64,000 nt of DNA from Thermoanaerobaculia bacterium. GTDB taxonomy: Bacteria > Acidobacteriota > Thermoanaerobaculia > Multivoradales > JAGPDF01. Every line of letters begins with the position of its first letter. Position 1 is the first letter of the stretch. The notes under the pieces were generated by a model. It was not told the origin of the DNA and did no database searches. It was given only the letters and a program-made list of their open reading frames with translations. Below, piece after piece: positions 9,773-21,014 of this stretch. The stretch covers positions 24,889 to 88,888 of the forward strand of contig JBFWYP010000011.1 of NCBI GenBank assembly GCA_050186295.1, given 5' to 3'. The position numbers were made by a program, and so were the translations under genes.

Positions 9773-9872
9773 GGAAGCGCGCGGGGGCTGGTGCCTTCCG
9801 CGGTCTTCAAAACCGTTGTCCGGCGCCGGTTGCGGCGGCGGAGGTGGGTTCGATTCCCATGCGCTTCCGCCA
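9773..9872 (+). tRNA. selC: tRNA-Sec (anticodon TCA)
   Basis: The 8-bp acceptor stem pairs GGAAGCGC with GCGCTTCC and is followed by G-CCA. The D arm has a 6-bp stem and 4-nt loop (GGGGGC-TGGT-GCCTTC). The anticodon loop is CTTCAAA. There is a long GC-rich extra arm and a TTCGATT T-loop. Total length is about 100 nt. Confidence 0.85.
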
Positions 9873-9884
9873 GTCTCCCTGCCC

Positions 9885-11084
9885 TCAGGGCATGGGGTCG
9901 AGCGGCAGGAACTCGCAGTCGGCGCCGGCCTCCCGCGGCGCGGCAGCGCGCGCAACCCGCAGGAGCGCGTTGGCGCCGGCGAACGCCGCGAGGTCGTGCG
10001 ATCCCTTCGGCGCGAGCGAGCGGACGCTCCAGCCACCCTCGCCGAGCTCGGCACGGGCCGGCACGAAGCGGTCCCGGCTCCGTCCGCCTCCCAGCCGGCC
10101 CGCGAGGCGACCGGCGAGACGTGGAGCCCAGAATTCGCCCGCCTCCCCGGCCAGCCGGCGGAGTGCCGGCCGGACGAAGAGCCAGTAGCTGGTCATCACC
10201 GAACCCGGATTCCCCGGGAGCCCGAAGAGTAGCGTCGCCCCGCGGGCGGCAGCGAGCAGCGGCTTGCCGGGCTGCATCGCGACGCCGTGGAAGAGGGTCT
10301 CGAAACCGAGCTCGGCGGCGACACCGGCGACGAGATCGACGTCGCCCATCGAGACGCCACCGGTGGTGAGGACGACGTCGGCGCGTCCGGCGGCTGCCGC
10401 CAGACGCTCGCGGACGACCTCGGCGCGGTCGGCGACGACCTCGCCGCGGTGCGGTGCGATCCCCAGCCGCTCGAGCTCGCCGACCAGGAAGTCGGAGTGC
10501 GAGTCGCGGATCGCTCCGGCAGGGAGCGGTCCCGCCTCGCGACGGACCTCGTCTCCGGTGACGAGGATCTCGACGCGCGGCAGACGGGCGACCGGGAGGT
10601 AGGCGATCCCCTGGCTCGCCACCAGGGCGAGAGCGGCGGGGGAGAGCCGGCTCCCCTCGCCGAGGATCGTCGCACCGGCGCGGAAGATCTCGCCGCGCCG
10701 CCGGATCGCCGCCCCGGCCTCGGCCGCCCGGCCAGCGCGTACCGTGCCTCCCGCCTCCGTGCACTCCTCGAATCCCAGGACGTGCCGGGCCCCTTCCGGC
10801 ACCGGGGCGCCGGTCATGATCCGGGCCGCCTCGCCGGCGGCGAGAGGGCGGGCGGGGGCGCCGCCGGCGAGACCGGTGCCGGCGATCCGGTAGTCGCCCG
10901 TTGCGCCGGGGGCGCCGAAGGCGAAGCCGTCGAGGGCGGAGACATCGCTCCGCGGGAGGTCGTCGGTGGCGAGGAGCGGTCCGGCGAGGGTGCGCCCCGC
11001 TGCCGCCTCGCGCGCGACGATCTCCGGTCCGAGCGGCCGCAGGCGGGGCGAGAGCCGGGTCCAGGCCTCTTCCGGGTCGATCAT
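9885..11084 (-). CDS. moeA: Molybdopterin molybdenumtransferase MoeA
   Basis: ORF 9885..11084. The sequences SDVSALDGFAF, ARIMTGAPVP, VLTTGGVSMGDVD and LPGNPGS are typical MoeA/gephyrin E-domain motifs. A TAGACT box lies 5 nt upstream of the ATG. Confidence 0.9.
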   Translation of the reverse strand: MIDPEEAWTRLSPRLRPLGPEIVAREAAAGRTLAGPLLATDDLPRSDVSALDGFAFGAPGATGDYRIAGTGLAGGAPARPLAAGEAARIMTGAPVPEGARHVLGFEECTEAGGTVRAGRAAEAGAAIRRRGEIFRAGATILGEGSRLSPAALALVASQGIAYLPVARLPRVEILVTGDEVRREAGPLPAGAIRDSHSDFLVGELERLGIAPHRGEVVADRAEVVRERLAAAAGRADVVLTTGGVSMGDVDLVAGVAAELGFETLFHGVAMQPGKPLLAAARGATLLFGLPGNPGSVMTSYWLFVRPALRRLAGEAGEFWAPRLAGRLAGRLGGGRSRDRFVPARAELGEGGWSVRSLAPKGSHDLAAFAGANALLRVARAAAPREAGADCEFLPLDPMP

Positions 11085-11161
11085 GGGGCAGTCTAAACAG
11101 AGCCGTCCACAGGCGACAAACCGTCGCTGCGGTAGGATCGAAGGCCCGGGAACGACACGAC

Positions 11162-11935
11162 GTGGACAAGACCTTCGAGTACCGTGGCGATCTTCGCCAG
11201 ACGGCCCTGCCGGAGATGCTGGCGATCCTCGACCAGAGCCGGATGACCGGTGTCGTCGAGGCGGTTCTCGGCGAAGTCACCAAGCGCATCTTCCTCGAGA
11301 ACGGCTACGTGGTCTCCGCGGCGTCGAGCGACATCGCGGACAGCCTGGGCGGCTATCTGCGCCGCGTCGGACGCCTGACCGAGGCCGAGTTCCACGCCGC
11401 GATGCAGCGCCGCGGCAGCGGCGGCAAGCGACTCGGCGAAGTGCTGATCGAGCAGGGCGTACTCTCGCCGGGGCAGGTCTTCCAGGCGATCCGCGAGCAC
11501 GTCGAGGGGATCGTCTGGAGCCTCTTCGCCTGGGAGGAGGGGACGGTCACCTTCCGCCTCGGCGGATTCGAGACCGGCGATCTCATCCGCATCCAGATCC
11601 CGTTGCGCCAGGCGGTCGTGCAGGGGGTGAAGCGGGCGGCGAACGCGCGGTCGCTGGTCAACCGGATGGGCGGCAAGGACATCCTCTTCGAGCCCAACTA
11701 CGAGCTCGAGGACCTGATCGAAGTGGCGCTCGACGCCGACGAATACCGTCTCCTGGCGCTCGTCGACGGCAAGCGGACCCTCTACGAGCTGGCGACCAAG
11801 GGGCCGCTGGTAGCCCAGGACAACGCCCGTCTGCTTTATGCCTACAGCGTCCTGCAGCTCATCCGCAAGGCAGGCGTCGCCGAGCCGGTCTCGCCGGCGC
11901 AGGGCATCAAGATCAAACTGAAGTCGGAATCCTGA
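11162..11935 (+). CDS. DUF4388 (PatA-like N-terminal) domain protein
   Basis: This is the in-frame GTG inside ORF 10901..11935. The opening is GDLRQTALPEMLAILDQSRMTGVVEA, and a second repeat-like half follows. The start is approximate. Confidence 0.65.
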   Translation: MDKTFEYRGDLRQTALPEMLAILDQSRMTGVVEAVLGEVTKRIFLENGYVVSAASSDIADSLGGYLRRVGRLTEAEFHAAMQRRGSGGKRLGEVLIEQGVLSPGQVFQAIREHVEGIVWSLFAWEEGTVTFRLGGFETGDLIRIQIPLRQAVVQGVKRAANARSLVNRMGGKDILFEPNYELEDLIEVALDADEYRLLALVDGKRTLYELATKGPLVAQDNARLLYAYSVLQLIRKAGVAEPVSPAQGIKIKLKSES

Positions 11936-11951
11936 TCCGCAAGGGAATCGC

Positions 11952-12311
11952 ATGCCGCTTTACGAATACATCTGCGACGATTGTCATCAGCGCACCGAGA
12001 TCCTGCAGAAGATGGGGGACGCCCCGGCGACCGTCTGCCCGAACTGCGGCGGCAAGCTGCGCAAGCAGATCTCCGCGCCGGCGTTCGAGTTCAAGGGGAG
12101 CGGTTGGTATCTGACCGACTACGCGAACCGCTCGACCGGCGAGAGCGCGACGGCCAGGTCGGAGGAGAAGGGCAAGGATGCGGGCGCCTCCGGCACGACC
12201 GGCCCGGCTGCCGATGGTTCGACCTCGTCGGAAAGCAAGAAGAGCGAGGCGCCGGTGGCAGCGCCGGCGACCGCCGAAAAGAAGTCGACGCCGGCGAAGA
12301 GCGGCGATTGA
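11952..12311 (+). CDS. FmdB-family zinc-ribbon protein
   Basis: The protein begins MPLYEYICDDCHQRTEILQKMGDAPATVCPNCGG, which is CxxC...CxxC. It has a low-complexity C-terminal tail. Confidence 0.85.
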   Translation: MPLYEYICDDCHQRTEILQKMGDAPATVCPNCGGKLRKQISAPAFEFKGSGWYLTDYANRSTGESATARSEEKGKDAGASGTTGPAADGSTSSESKKSEAPVAAPATAEKKSTPAKSGD

Positions 12312-14188
12312 ACCGGGCGGTTGCGATCCGGCGCTCGCTCGCGGCGCTCGTCGTGGCGACGGGGATCGCCGCCTCCGGACAGGCCGACTCGCTTCCTCTC
12401 CGGGCGGAGACGGAGCTGCGGCCGGCGCCCCTCTTCGGCGCCGACATCCGCAGCCTCGCATTCGATCCGTCCGCTCCCGATCGGCTCCTCGCGGGGAGCT
12501 CGGCGGGGCACGTCTACCGCTCCGACGACGGCGGTCTCACCTGGAGGAACGCCGGGATCGAAGTGCCGTTCGCCGGCTGGGTGGTCGGGACGCTGGTCTT
12601 CGATCCGGACCGACCGTCACGTCTCTGGGCAGGGCTCTGGGGGATCTGGGGGGGCGGCATGGCGGCCGTCTCGGACGACCTCGGCGCCACCTGGGAGCCG
12701 CGGCCGCTGGGCGACTTCGCCGCCGACCAGCTCTACGCGCTGGCGCCGGTCCCGGGCTCGCCCGGTCACCTCGTCGCCGGGACGCGCGCCGGCGTCCTGC
12801 TGTCGGACGACGAGGGGAGGAGCTGGCGGGCGTCGGGACGCGACGTCGACGGATTGATCCACGTCTCGAGTCTCCTCGTCGATCGCGAGCGCCCGTCGAC
12901 GATCCTCGCCGGGACCTGGCGTCGCGCCTATCGCAGCGACGACGGTGGCAGAACCTGGAGGGCCATTCACGAAGGGATGGTCCTCGACACCGACGTCTTC
13001 AGCATGCATCCGATCCCCGGAGAACGCGGCGGACTCTGGGCCTCCTCCTGCGGCTGGGTCTATCGCGGCGAACGGTGGGGGGAGCGCTGGCAGCGGCACC
13101 AGAACGGCCTCACCGAGCGCCGCACGCCGAGCTTCGCGGTCCTCTCGCCGACCCGGCTCCTCGCCGGTACGGTCGCCGGCAGCTTCCTCTCGACGGACGG
13201 GGGCGAATCGTTCCGGAGGACATCGCCGGAATCGCTCTCCGTCCTGGCGATCGCCCAGCATCCGACGCGGCCCGAGCGGGTGGTTCTCGGAACCGAGGGC
13301 TCCGGCATCTGGTTGTCTTCCGACGGCGGCGAGAGCTTCGCGCAGCGTTCGGTCGGGCTCCGCAACGTCCGCGTTCCGGCCCTCGCCCGGCTCGGCGACG
13401 AGGTGTTCGTCGCCCTCGCCCACGCCGGACCGGCGTCGGGCGTCTTCCGCTCACCGGACGCGGGTGTCTCGTTCGCGCCGGTTCCCGAGCCGCTGCCGAC
13501 GGTTCTCGATCTCGCGGTTCTCGACGGGCGGCTGTTCGCGGCGACCGAGCGCGGCCTCTTCGAGCGCGTCTCCGGCCATTGGCAGCAGCAGAGCGACGTC
13601 GGAGATCTGCGCTTCGAGCAGCTCTCGGGGAGCGGCAGCAGGGGGCTCGCGCGGAGCGCGAAGTCGCTCTTCTCGGCCGACCTCGCGGTGACCCGGCCGC
13701 GCTGGCAGGAGCTGCCGCTCTCGATCGCGCCTCCCAGCGCGGTCTCCGAGGACGCAGAGGCGCTCTGGCTGCTGAGCGGCGACTCGCTCTTCCGGCTGCC
13801 GTTCGGCGAGCGCCAGGAAAAGCCGGTGCCGATCGGACTGCCGTACCGTGGGGGCAGGCTGCTCGACGGACGCGGCGATCTCGTCTATTTCGGTCCGGAA
13901 GGAACCTACCTGCGCCGCGGTCTCGAGGGCGCCTGGACTCCTGTCGTGCCGGGCCGGAGCCGCGCTTTCGCCACCCAGGATCCCCGCTACTCGTTCGTCT
14001 CGATCCGGGAGGAGAGCCCGATCGCCGGCGCCTCTTCGGCCGAGGTCTACGACGCGACGCGGGGTTCGCTCCGTGCGCTCGAGACGCCGTTTCCGGCGCG
14101 CGAGATCCTGAGTGCGCTGGTCGTCGGCGATCGCCTCTTCCTCGGCACCAGCGGTTTCGGGCTCTGGGAGACGCTGCTCGTCGACTGA
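12308..14188 (+). CDS. Secreted BNR/Asp-box repeat (Ycf48/sortilin-like beta-propeller) protein
   Basis: Frame of ORF 11981..14188. A TTG at 12308 precedes a signal-like stretch, AIRRSLAALVVATGIAASG. Repeated Asp-boxes are present: SDDGGLTW, SDDLGATW, SDDEGRSW, SDDGGRTW, STDGGESF and SSDGGESF. Confidence 0.75.
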   Translation: MNRAVAIRRSLAALVVATGIAASGQADSLPLRAETELRPAPLFGADIRSLAFDPSAPDRLLAGSSAGHVYRSDDGGLTWRNAGIEVPFAGWVVGTLVFDPDRPSRLWAGLWGIWGGGMAAVSDDLGATWEPRPLGDFAADQLYALAPVPGSPGHLVAGTRAGVLLSDDEGRSWRASGRDVDGLIHVSSLLVDRERPSTILAGTWRRAYRSDDGGRTWRAIHEGMVLDTDVFSMHPIPGERGGLWASSCGWVYRGERWGERWQRHQNGLTERRTPSFAVLSPTRLLAGTVAGSFLSTDGGESFRRTSPESLSVLAIAQHPTRPERVVLGTEGSGIWLSSDGGESFAQRSVGLRNVRVPALARLGDEVFVALAHAGPASGVFRSPDAGVSFAPVPEPLPTVLDLAVLDGRLFAATERGLFERVSGHWQQQSDVGDLRFEQLSGSGSRGLARSAKSLFSADLAVTRPRWQELPLSIAPPSAVSEDAEALWLLSGDSLFRLPFGERQEKPVPIGLPYRGGRLLDGRGDLVYFGPEGTYLRRGLEGAWTPVVPGRSRAFATQDPRYSFVSIREESPIAGASSAEVYDATRGSLRALETPFPAREILSALVVGDRLFLGTSGFGLWETLLVD

Positions 14189-14214
14189 GACCGACCCGCA
14201 CCGGAGGCGGCGGA

Positions 14215-15306
14215 TCAGCCGCCGAGCGAATCGAAGATCCGGCGGTAGGTGGTGTAGCGGCGCGTGTCGAGTGCGCCCGATTCGACGGCAGCAAGGACCG
14301 CGCAACCGGGCTCGTGGGTGTGGGTGCAGTCGGTGAAACGGCAGCCCGGCGCCAGGGCGGCGAGATCCTCGAAGTAGGAGGCGAGCTCTTCCCGTTCGAG
14401 CTTCCACAGGCCGAACTCGCGGATCCCGGGGGTGTCGACGATCCTGGTCGAGCTGTCCTCGAGCCGGTAGATCCGGGAGCGCGTCGTGGTGTGCCGCCCC
14501 TTGTCGTTCATGTCCGAGACCGCTCCGACCCGGACGTCGAACTCCGGTGCGATCGCCTTGAGCAAAGAGCTCTTGCCGACGCCGCTGTGCCCGACGAAGA
14601 CCGCGGTGCGGCCGCGGATCGTCTGCCGCAGCTCGTCGAGGCCGATCCCCTGCTTCGCCGAGCAGGGGATGACCGGCGTGCCGCGCTCGGGGTAGCCCGC
14701 GAGCTGGGCGAGCTCGGGGTCCGCGGCCGGGTCGCCATCGGCGAGGTCGACCTTGTTGACCGCGATTGCCGCCGGCACGCCGCCGTGGGCGAGGGCGACG
14801 AGGAAGCGATCGACCAGGCCCATGGAGAGCGGCGGCTTGCGGATCGCGGTCACCACCACGGCGATGTCGAGGTTGGCGGCGATGATCCGTTCGCGATGAG
14901 CCAGAAACGGGTCGGGCCGCGAGAGTCGGTTCGTGCGCTCGAGGAGGCGCGCGGCGAAGAGCGTTCCGTCGGGTCGCCGAGCCAGTTTCACGCGGTCGCC
15001 GACGGCGATCTCTTCGACCTCGACCAGCGCCTTCGGCAGCACGCAGTCGACCTCCGCGCCGTCGAGCTCGACCTCGCACTGACCGCGGGTGATGGCGACG
15101 ATGGTGCTCTCGCCCGGGAGCTCGTCGAACGACGCCGGGGCGCTCTCCGTGGATCGTTCGCCAGCTGCCTGCTCGCGCTGTCGCGCCCGCTCGCTGCGTT
15201 GCGCGATCGCCGCCGAACGGCGCCCGCCGCGCCGCTCGCGCGACGGCAGCCCTTCGAATTCGCTCTCCTCGAACTCGCCCGACTCGTCGTCGTCGTGCGG
15301 CGTCAT
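14215..15306 (-). CDS. rsgA: Ribosome small-subunit-dependent GTPase A
   Basis: The P-loop is GHSGVGKSSLL. The motifs NKVDL and DTPGIREF are present. The zinc-knuckle is CRFTDCTHTHEPGCAV. Confidence 0.92.
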   Translation of the reverse strand: MTPHDDDESGEFEESEFEGLPSRERRGGRRSAAIAQRSERARQREQAAGERSTESAPASFDELPGESTIVAITRGQCEVELDGAEVDCVLPKALVEVEEIAVGDRVKLARRPDGTLFAARLLERTNRLSRPDPFLAHRERIIAANLDIAVVVTAIRKPPLSMGLVDRFLVALAHGGVPAAIAVNKVDLADGDPAADPELAQLAGYPERGTPVIPCSAKQGIGLDELRQTIRGRTAVFVGHSGVGKSSLLKAIAPEFDVRVGAVSDMNDKGRHTTTRSRIYRLEDSSTRIVDTPGIREFGLWKLEREELASYFEDLAALAPGCRFTDCTHTHEPGCAVLAAVESGALDTRRYTTYRRIFDSLGG

Positions 15307-15325
15307 GACTTCGGAGTTCGCAGGG

Positions 15326-16701
<1,376 letters not shown>

Positions 16702-16705
<4 letters not shown>

Positions 16706-18402
16706 CGTTCCCGGGCTCCCGCCGCGGAGGTCGCGAGCGGCTGCGTCTTCAGTTCCGCGGGCTGATTGACCGGAAGCTCGACTAGGATCTGGGTTCCGGC
16801 GCGCGGGTCGCTGTTGACCGAGATCGAGCCGCCGTGCTCCTGGACGATGCGGTAGACGATCGCCATGCCGATTCCCGTGCCGCCGTCGAAGAACGACTGG
16901 AACGGCTGGAACAGCTTGGTGCGCTGCTCCTCGGTCATGCCGTGGCCCGTGTCACGGAATTCGAGGCGGTAGCTCTCCGCGTCGAGCTGTCCGCGGACCG
17001 TGAGGCGCCCGCCGTTGGGCATGGCGCGCAGCGCGTTGCGCGCGAGGTTCCAGAAGATCTGGCTGATCTGGTCCGGATCACCGACGATCAGAGCCGGTTC
17101 GGCCTCCGTGGCGAGCTCGTGGCGACCGGACATCTCCTCGGAGTTCTGCAGCAGGGCCATGTTTCCGGTGAGGAGCGCCCCGACGTCGAAGCGCGTCGCG
17201 GACCGTTCGCGCGGCTTGGCGAAGCGCAGGAATCCCTTGATCGTGCGGTCCAGACGCTGGCTCTCCTTGACGATGATCTCGAGCAGTCTCCGCTCCCGCG
17301 CCTCGGCGGAGACCGTGGAGGAGAGCAGTTGAACCGAACCGGAGATCGCGGCGAGAGGATTGCCGACCTCGTGCGCGAGGCCCGCGGCGAGCTCGCCGAC
17401 GGCGGCCATGCGGTCCTTGATCCGCAGCTCCTCCTGGAGCTTCCGCCACTGCGAGAGGTCCTGAAAGACTAGGATCCAGCCGGTCGGCACGTCGCGCGCA
17501 TTGGTGAGGCGGGTGACCGTGAAGCCGACCTGGAGCTCGCGCGATCCCCGCCGCAGCGTCAGCTCCGAGCGTGCGTTGCGCGCTGGCTTCTCGAGCCCGG
17601 CCGCGTTCTGCCATTCGACGGCAGTGAAGAGTCCGCACTCCGTGATCGGCAGACCGACGAGCTCGCGCTCGCTCATGCCGAGGATCTCGACCGCCGCCCG
17701 GTTGGCCGAGGTGATCACGCCCGCGAGATCGGTAGAGACCAGCCCGGACGAGACCGACTGCACCACGTCGCGGTGGAAGATCTCGAGATCGGCGAGGTTG
17801 CCCGTCTTCTCGGCCAGCTCCTCCTCCGCGCGCGAAGCATTCTCGGCCAGGTAGGACGTGAGGATCGCGACCGCGACGAAACCGAAGAGATGGATCGCCA
17901 GGTTGTAGGAGATCCGCCACGACAGTTCCTCGCTGGTCGGCATCAGCGAGAGCGTCGGAATCCAGCCGCGCGCAAGGGCAGTGAGGAGCGTGGCGTAGAG
18001 GATGTAGGCGACACCCGCCACGGTCAGGCCGGCCCGCCGGCGCAGGATCACCGACGCCAGCATGATGACGACCAGGTAGAGCATCGAGAACGGGCTGGTG
18101 ATCCCGCCGAAGAAGTAGTTGAGCCCGGTGACGAGGAAAAGGTCGCCGGCGAACTGGACGTACGCCTTGAACATCAGGCCGAGGTCGGACCAGCGGAGGA
18201 GCGCCACATGGACGAGCGTCGCGAGGTACGTGGCGCCGACCAGCACGAAGAGGAGGTTGAACTCGGGGAGCTCCCCGCGCGCGGAGAGCTCGAAGACCAG
18301 GTACGAGATGAGGACGCTCGAGATCACGACGAGGCGCATCGCGATCAGCCAGCGGAGCTGGCGAGCGAGATCGTGCGGATGGCTGGAAGAGACTTCCGTC
18401 AT
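16702..18402 (-). CDS. Multi-TM PAS sensor histidine kinase (PilS-like)
   Basis: The N-terminus has about 6 TM helices and is followed by a PAS domain. The H-box is ELAAGLAHEVGNPL. The N-box is IFWNLARNA. The G-boxes are DTGHGM and GTGIGMAIV. Confidence 0.85.
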
Positions 18403-18486
18403 GGGTGGAAGCGGAGAGGCGAGGGAGGGCGAACCCTCCCCCGTCTGCTCACTCCGGGTGCTGTCGTGCCGAGCGTCGCAGCGGTC

Positions 18487-19692
18487 CTAGTCGATCTTCT
18501 GGAGGATCGCGTACATCGGCAGGTACATGGCGGTCACGATCGTGCCGATGATCCCTCCGAGGACGACGATCATCACCGGTTCGAGGAGCTTCATCAGGCC
18601 GGCGACCGCGGTGTCGACCTCCTCTTCGTAGAAGTCGGCGATCTTGGTCAGCATCTGGTCGAGGGCGCCGGTCTGCTCGCCGACGTTGACCATCTGGACC
18701 ACCATCGGAGGGAAGACCTTGGTCTCGGCGAGCGGCGCGGAGATCGTCTTGCCCTCTTCGACCGCCTTGCGTACGGCCATGATGGCGTCCTCGACGATGG
18801 CGTTGCCGGACGTCTTGGCGGTGATCTCGAGGCCGTCGAGGATCGGCACGCCGGAACTGGTCAGCGTGGCGAGGGTGCGGCAGAAGCGCGCCACCGCGAT
18901 CTTGCGGATCAGCATGCCGACGACCGGGAGTTTGAGCAGCATTCCGTCGATGACCCGTCTGCCGCGGTGTGTCCGGTAGTAGCGCCGGATCGCCATGAAC
19001 AGCAGGAACAGGACGATGATGACGAGCAGGAAGTAGCGGGCCAGGAAGTTGCTGGCGCCGACGACCATCCGGGTGAGGAACGGCAGCTCGCCACCGAGGC
19101 CGGCGAAGAGCTGCGCGAACACCGGGATGACCTTCCACAGGATGATCGCCACCACGCCTACCGCGATGACGATGATGGTCACCGGGTAGATCAGCGCCGA
19201 CCGGACCTGCGAATTCAGCCGCACGACCTTCTCGATGTAGGTCGCGAGGCGCTGCAGGATGATGTCGAGGATACCGCCCGCTTCACCGGCGGCGATCATC
19301 GACACGTAGAGGTTGTTGAATGCCTTGGGATGCTTGCGCATCGCATCGGCGAGCGAGGCGCCGGACTCGACGTCGGTCCGCACCTGCTGGATGATCTCGC
19401 GGAAGTTGCGGTCCTCTTCCTGCTCTCCGAGGATCTCGAGACACTGGACGAGCGGGAGTCCGGCGTCCAGCATGACCGAGAACTGGCGGGTGAAGATGGC
19501 AACCCGCTTCTGCTTGATCCCCAGCGGGAGCTTGGGCAGCAGGCGGATCTCCTTGCCCTTCTCCCGGATCGACGTCAGCTGGAGATTCTGACGGCGCAGC
19601 GTCGCGACGGCGGCGTCGCGGCTGTCGGCGATCAGTACGCCTTCCTGGAACGCTCCGAACCGGTTCTTTCCCTTCCAGACGAAACTGGGCAT
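18487..19692 (-). CDS. pilC: Type IV pilus platform protein PilC (GspF family)
   Basis: The protein is 401 aa and has two GspF repeats. Recognisable motifs are FTRQFSVMLDAGLPL, FCRTLATLTSSGVPIL and PMVVQMVNVGEQTGALD. Confidence 0.9.
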   Translation of the reverse strand: MPSFVWKGKNRFGAFQEGVLIADSRDAAVATLRRQNLQLTSIREKGKEIRLLPKLPLGIKQKRVAIFTRQFSVMLDAGLPLVQCLEILGEQEEDRNFREIIQQVRTDVESGASLADAMRKHPKAFNNLYVSMIAAGEAGGILDIILQRLATYIEKVVRLNSQVRSALIYPVTIIVIAVGVVAIILWKVIPVFAQLFAGLGGELPFLTRMVVGASNFLARYFLLVIIVLFLLFMAIRRYYRTHRGRRVIDGMLLKLPVVGMLIRKIAVARFCRTLATLTSSGVPILDGLEITAKTSGNAIVEDAIMAVRKAVEEGKTISAPLAETKVFPPMVVQMVNVGEQTGALDQMLTKIADFYEEEVDTAVAGLMKLLEPVMIVVLGGIIGTIVTAMYLPMYAILQKID

Positions 19693-19708
19693 CTCGAATG
19701 CTCCTCGA

Positions 19709-20836
19709 TCAGGCCCGCTGGGCCACGGTCGCGCCCTGACCCTCGGTCATGTTGGGATTCAGCGCTGCCGGACCGCGGGAGATGATCTCCTGGAGCTCGT
19801 CCGGATACGACGAGCGGGCGAGCGCGGTCTGCAGGCTGATCATGCGCTTGAAGTAGAGGGAAGCCAGCGACTGGTTGAAAGTCTGCATTCCGTAGCGCGA
19901 CTGGCCGGTCTGCATCATGCCGTAGATCTGGTGGACCTTGTCCTCGCGGATCAGATTGCGGATGGCGGAGTTCGGGATCAGGATCTCCATCGCCAGCGCG
20001 CGCCCCTTGCCCGCGGCGCGGGGGAGGAGCGACTGGCAGAGGATCCCTTCGAGCACGAACGACAGCTGCACGCGGATCTGCCCCTGCTGGTGCGCGGGGA
20101 AGATGTCGACGATGCGGTTGATCGTCTGCGCCGCCGAGTTGGTGTGCAGGGTGGCGAAGGTGAGGTGGCCGGTCTCGGCGATCCGCAGGGCCGACTCGAC
20201 GGTCTCGAAGTCGCGCATCTCTCCGATCAGTACCACGTCGGGATCCTGCCGCAGGCAGGAGCGCAGCGCGTTGGAGAAGCTGTGCGTGTCGGCGTGCAGC
20301 TCGCGCTGGTTGACGATGCACTTCTTGTGACTGTGGAGGTACTCGACGGGGTCCTCGATGGTGACGATGTGCTCGGCCCGTTCGCGGTTGACCTTGTCGA
20401 GCATCGCGGCCAGGGTGGTCGACTTTCCCGAACCGGTCGGGCCGGTGACGAGCACCAGGCCGCGCGGCTTCTCGCAGATCTTCTCGACCACCGGGGGCAG
20501 GCCGAGCTCGCGGAAGCTGCGGATTTCGTACGGAATCTGCCGGAAAGCGGCGCCGATCGCGCCGCGCTGATGGAAGACGTTGGCGCGGAAGCGGGCGAGG
20601 CCCTTGATGCCGAACGAGAAGTCGAGCTCGAGATCCTCCTCCAACCGGTGCTTCTGGTTGTCGGTGAGGATCGAGTAGGCGATCTGTTTCGTCTCGGTCG
20701 GCGTCAGCGGGGGCAGGTTGAGCGGCTTCAACACGCCGTCCACCCGCACCTGCGGCGGTGAATTGGTCGTGATGTGGAGGTCGGACCCCCCCTGTTCGAC
20801 CATCGATTTCAACATCTGATTCAGGGTCGGCGGCAT
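19709..20836 (-). CDS. pilT: Type IV pilus retraction ATPase PilT
   Basis: The N-terminal motif is GGSDLHITTNSPPQVRVDG. Walker A is GPTGSGKSTT. Further motifs are AHLVFGTLHT-like LTFATLHTNSAAQTINRIVDIFP and AIRNLIREDK. A GGGGAG SD lies 6 nt upstream. Confidence 0.92.
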   Translation of the reverse strand: MPPTLNQMLKSMVEQGGSDLHITTNSPPQVRVDGVLKPLNLPPLTPTETKQIAYSILTDNQKHRLEEDLELDFSFGIKGLARFRANVFHQRGAIGAAFRQIPYEIRSFRELGLPPVVEKICEKPRGLVLVTGPTGSGKSTTLAAMLDKVNRERAEHIVTIEDPVEYLHSHKKCIVNQRELHADTHSFSNALRSCLRQDPDVVLIGEMRDFETVESALRIAETGHLTFATLHTNSAAQTINRIVDIFPAHQQGQIRVQLSFVLEGILCQSLLPRAAGKGRALAMEILIPNSAIRNLIREDKVHQIYGMMQTGQSRYGMQTFNQSLASLYFKRMISLQTALARSSYPDELQEIISRGPAALNPNMTEGQGATVAQRA

Positions 20837-20936
20837 CGGCGACTCCCCTCGTTTGCGACAAGAAATGTCACGCTCGAGTGTACACGAACGTTCCGGGGGG
20901 CGCCAGCGAAGCCGTTCACTGTCAAGGGCTTGCGGC

Positions 20937-20974
20937 GAAGAAAGAAGGCCCCCGGAGCGTGGGCTCCGGGGGCC
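20937..20974 (-). terminator. Rho-independent terminator downstream of the protease gene
   Basis: A perfect 12-bp stem pairs GGCCCCCGGAGC with GCTCCGGGGGCC around a 4-nt loop. On the minus strand it is followed by TTCTTTCTTC. It lies 40 nt after the stop at 21015. A second hairpin (CGCCGCGGG-GATT-CCCGCGGCG) lies at about 20987-21008. Confidence 0.7.
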
Positions 20975-21014
20975 GGAAGGCGAGGCCGCCGCGGGGATTC
21001 CCGCGGCGCGTCGA

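Noticed and set aside
9873-11161. A genomic island integrated at selC.
   Set aside because: There is no integrase, no direct repeat of the tRNA 3' end and no compositional shift. The next gene is housekeeping moeA.
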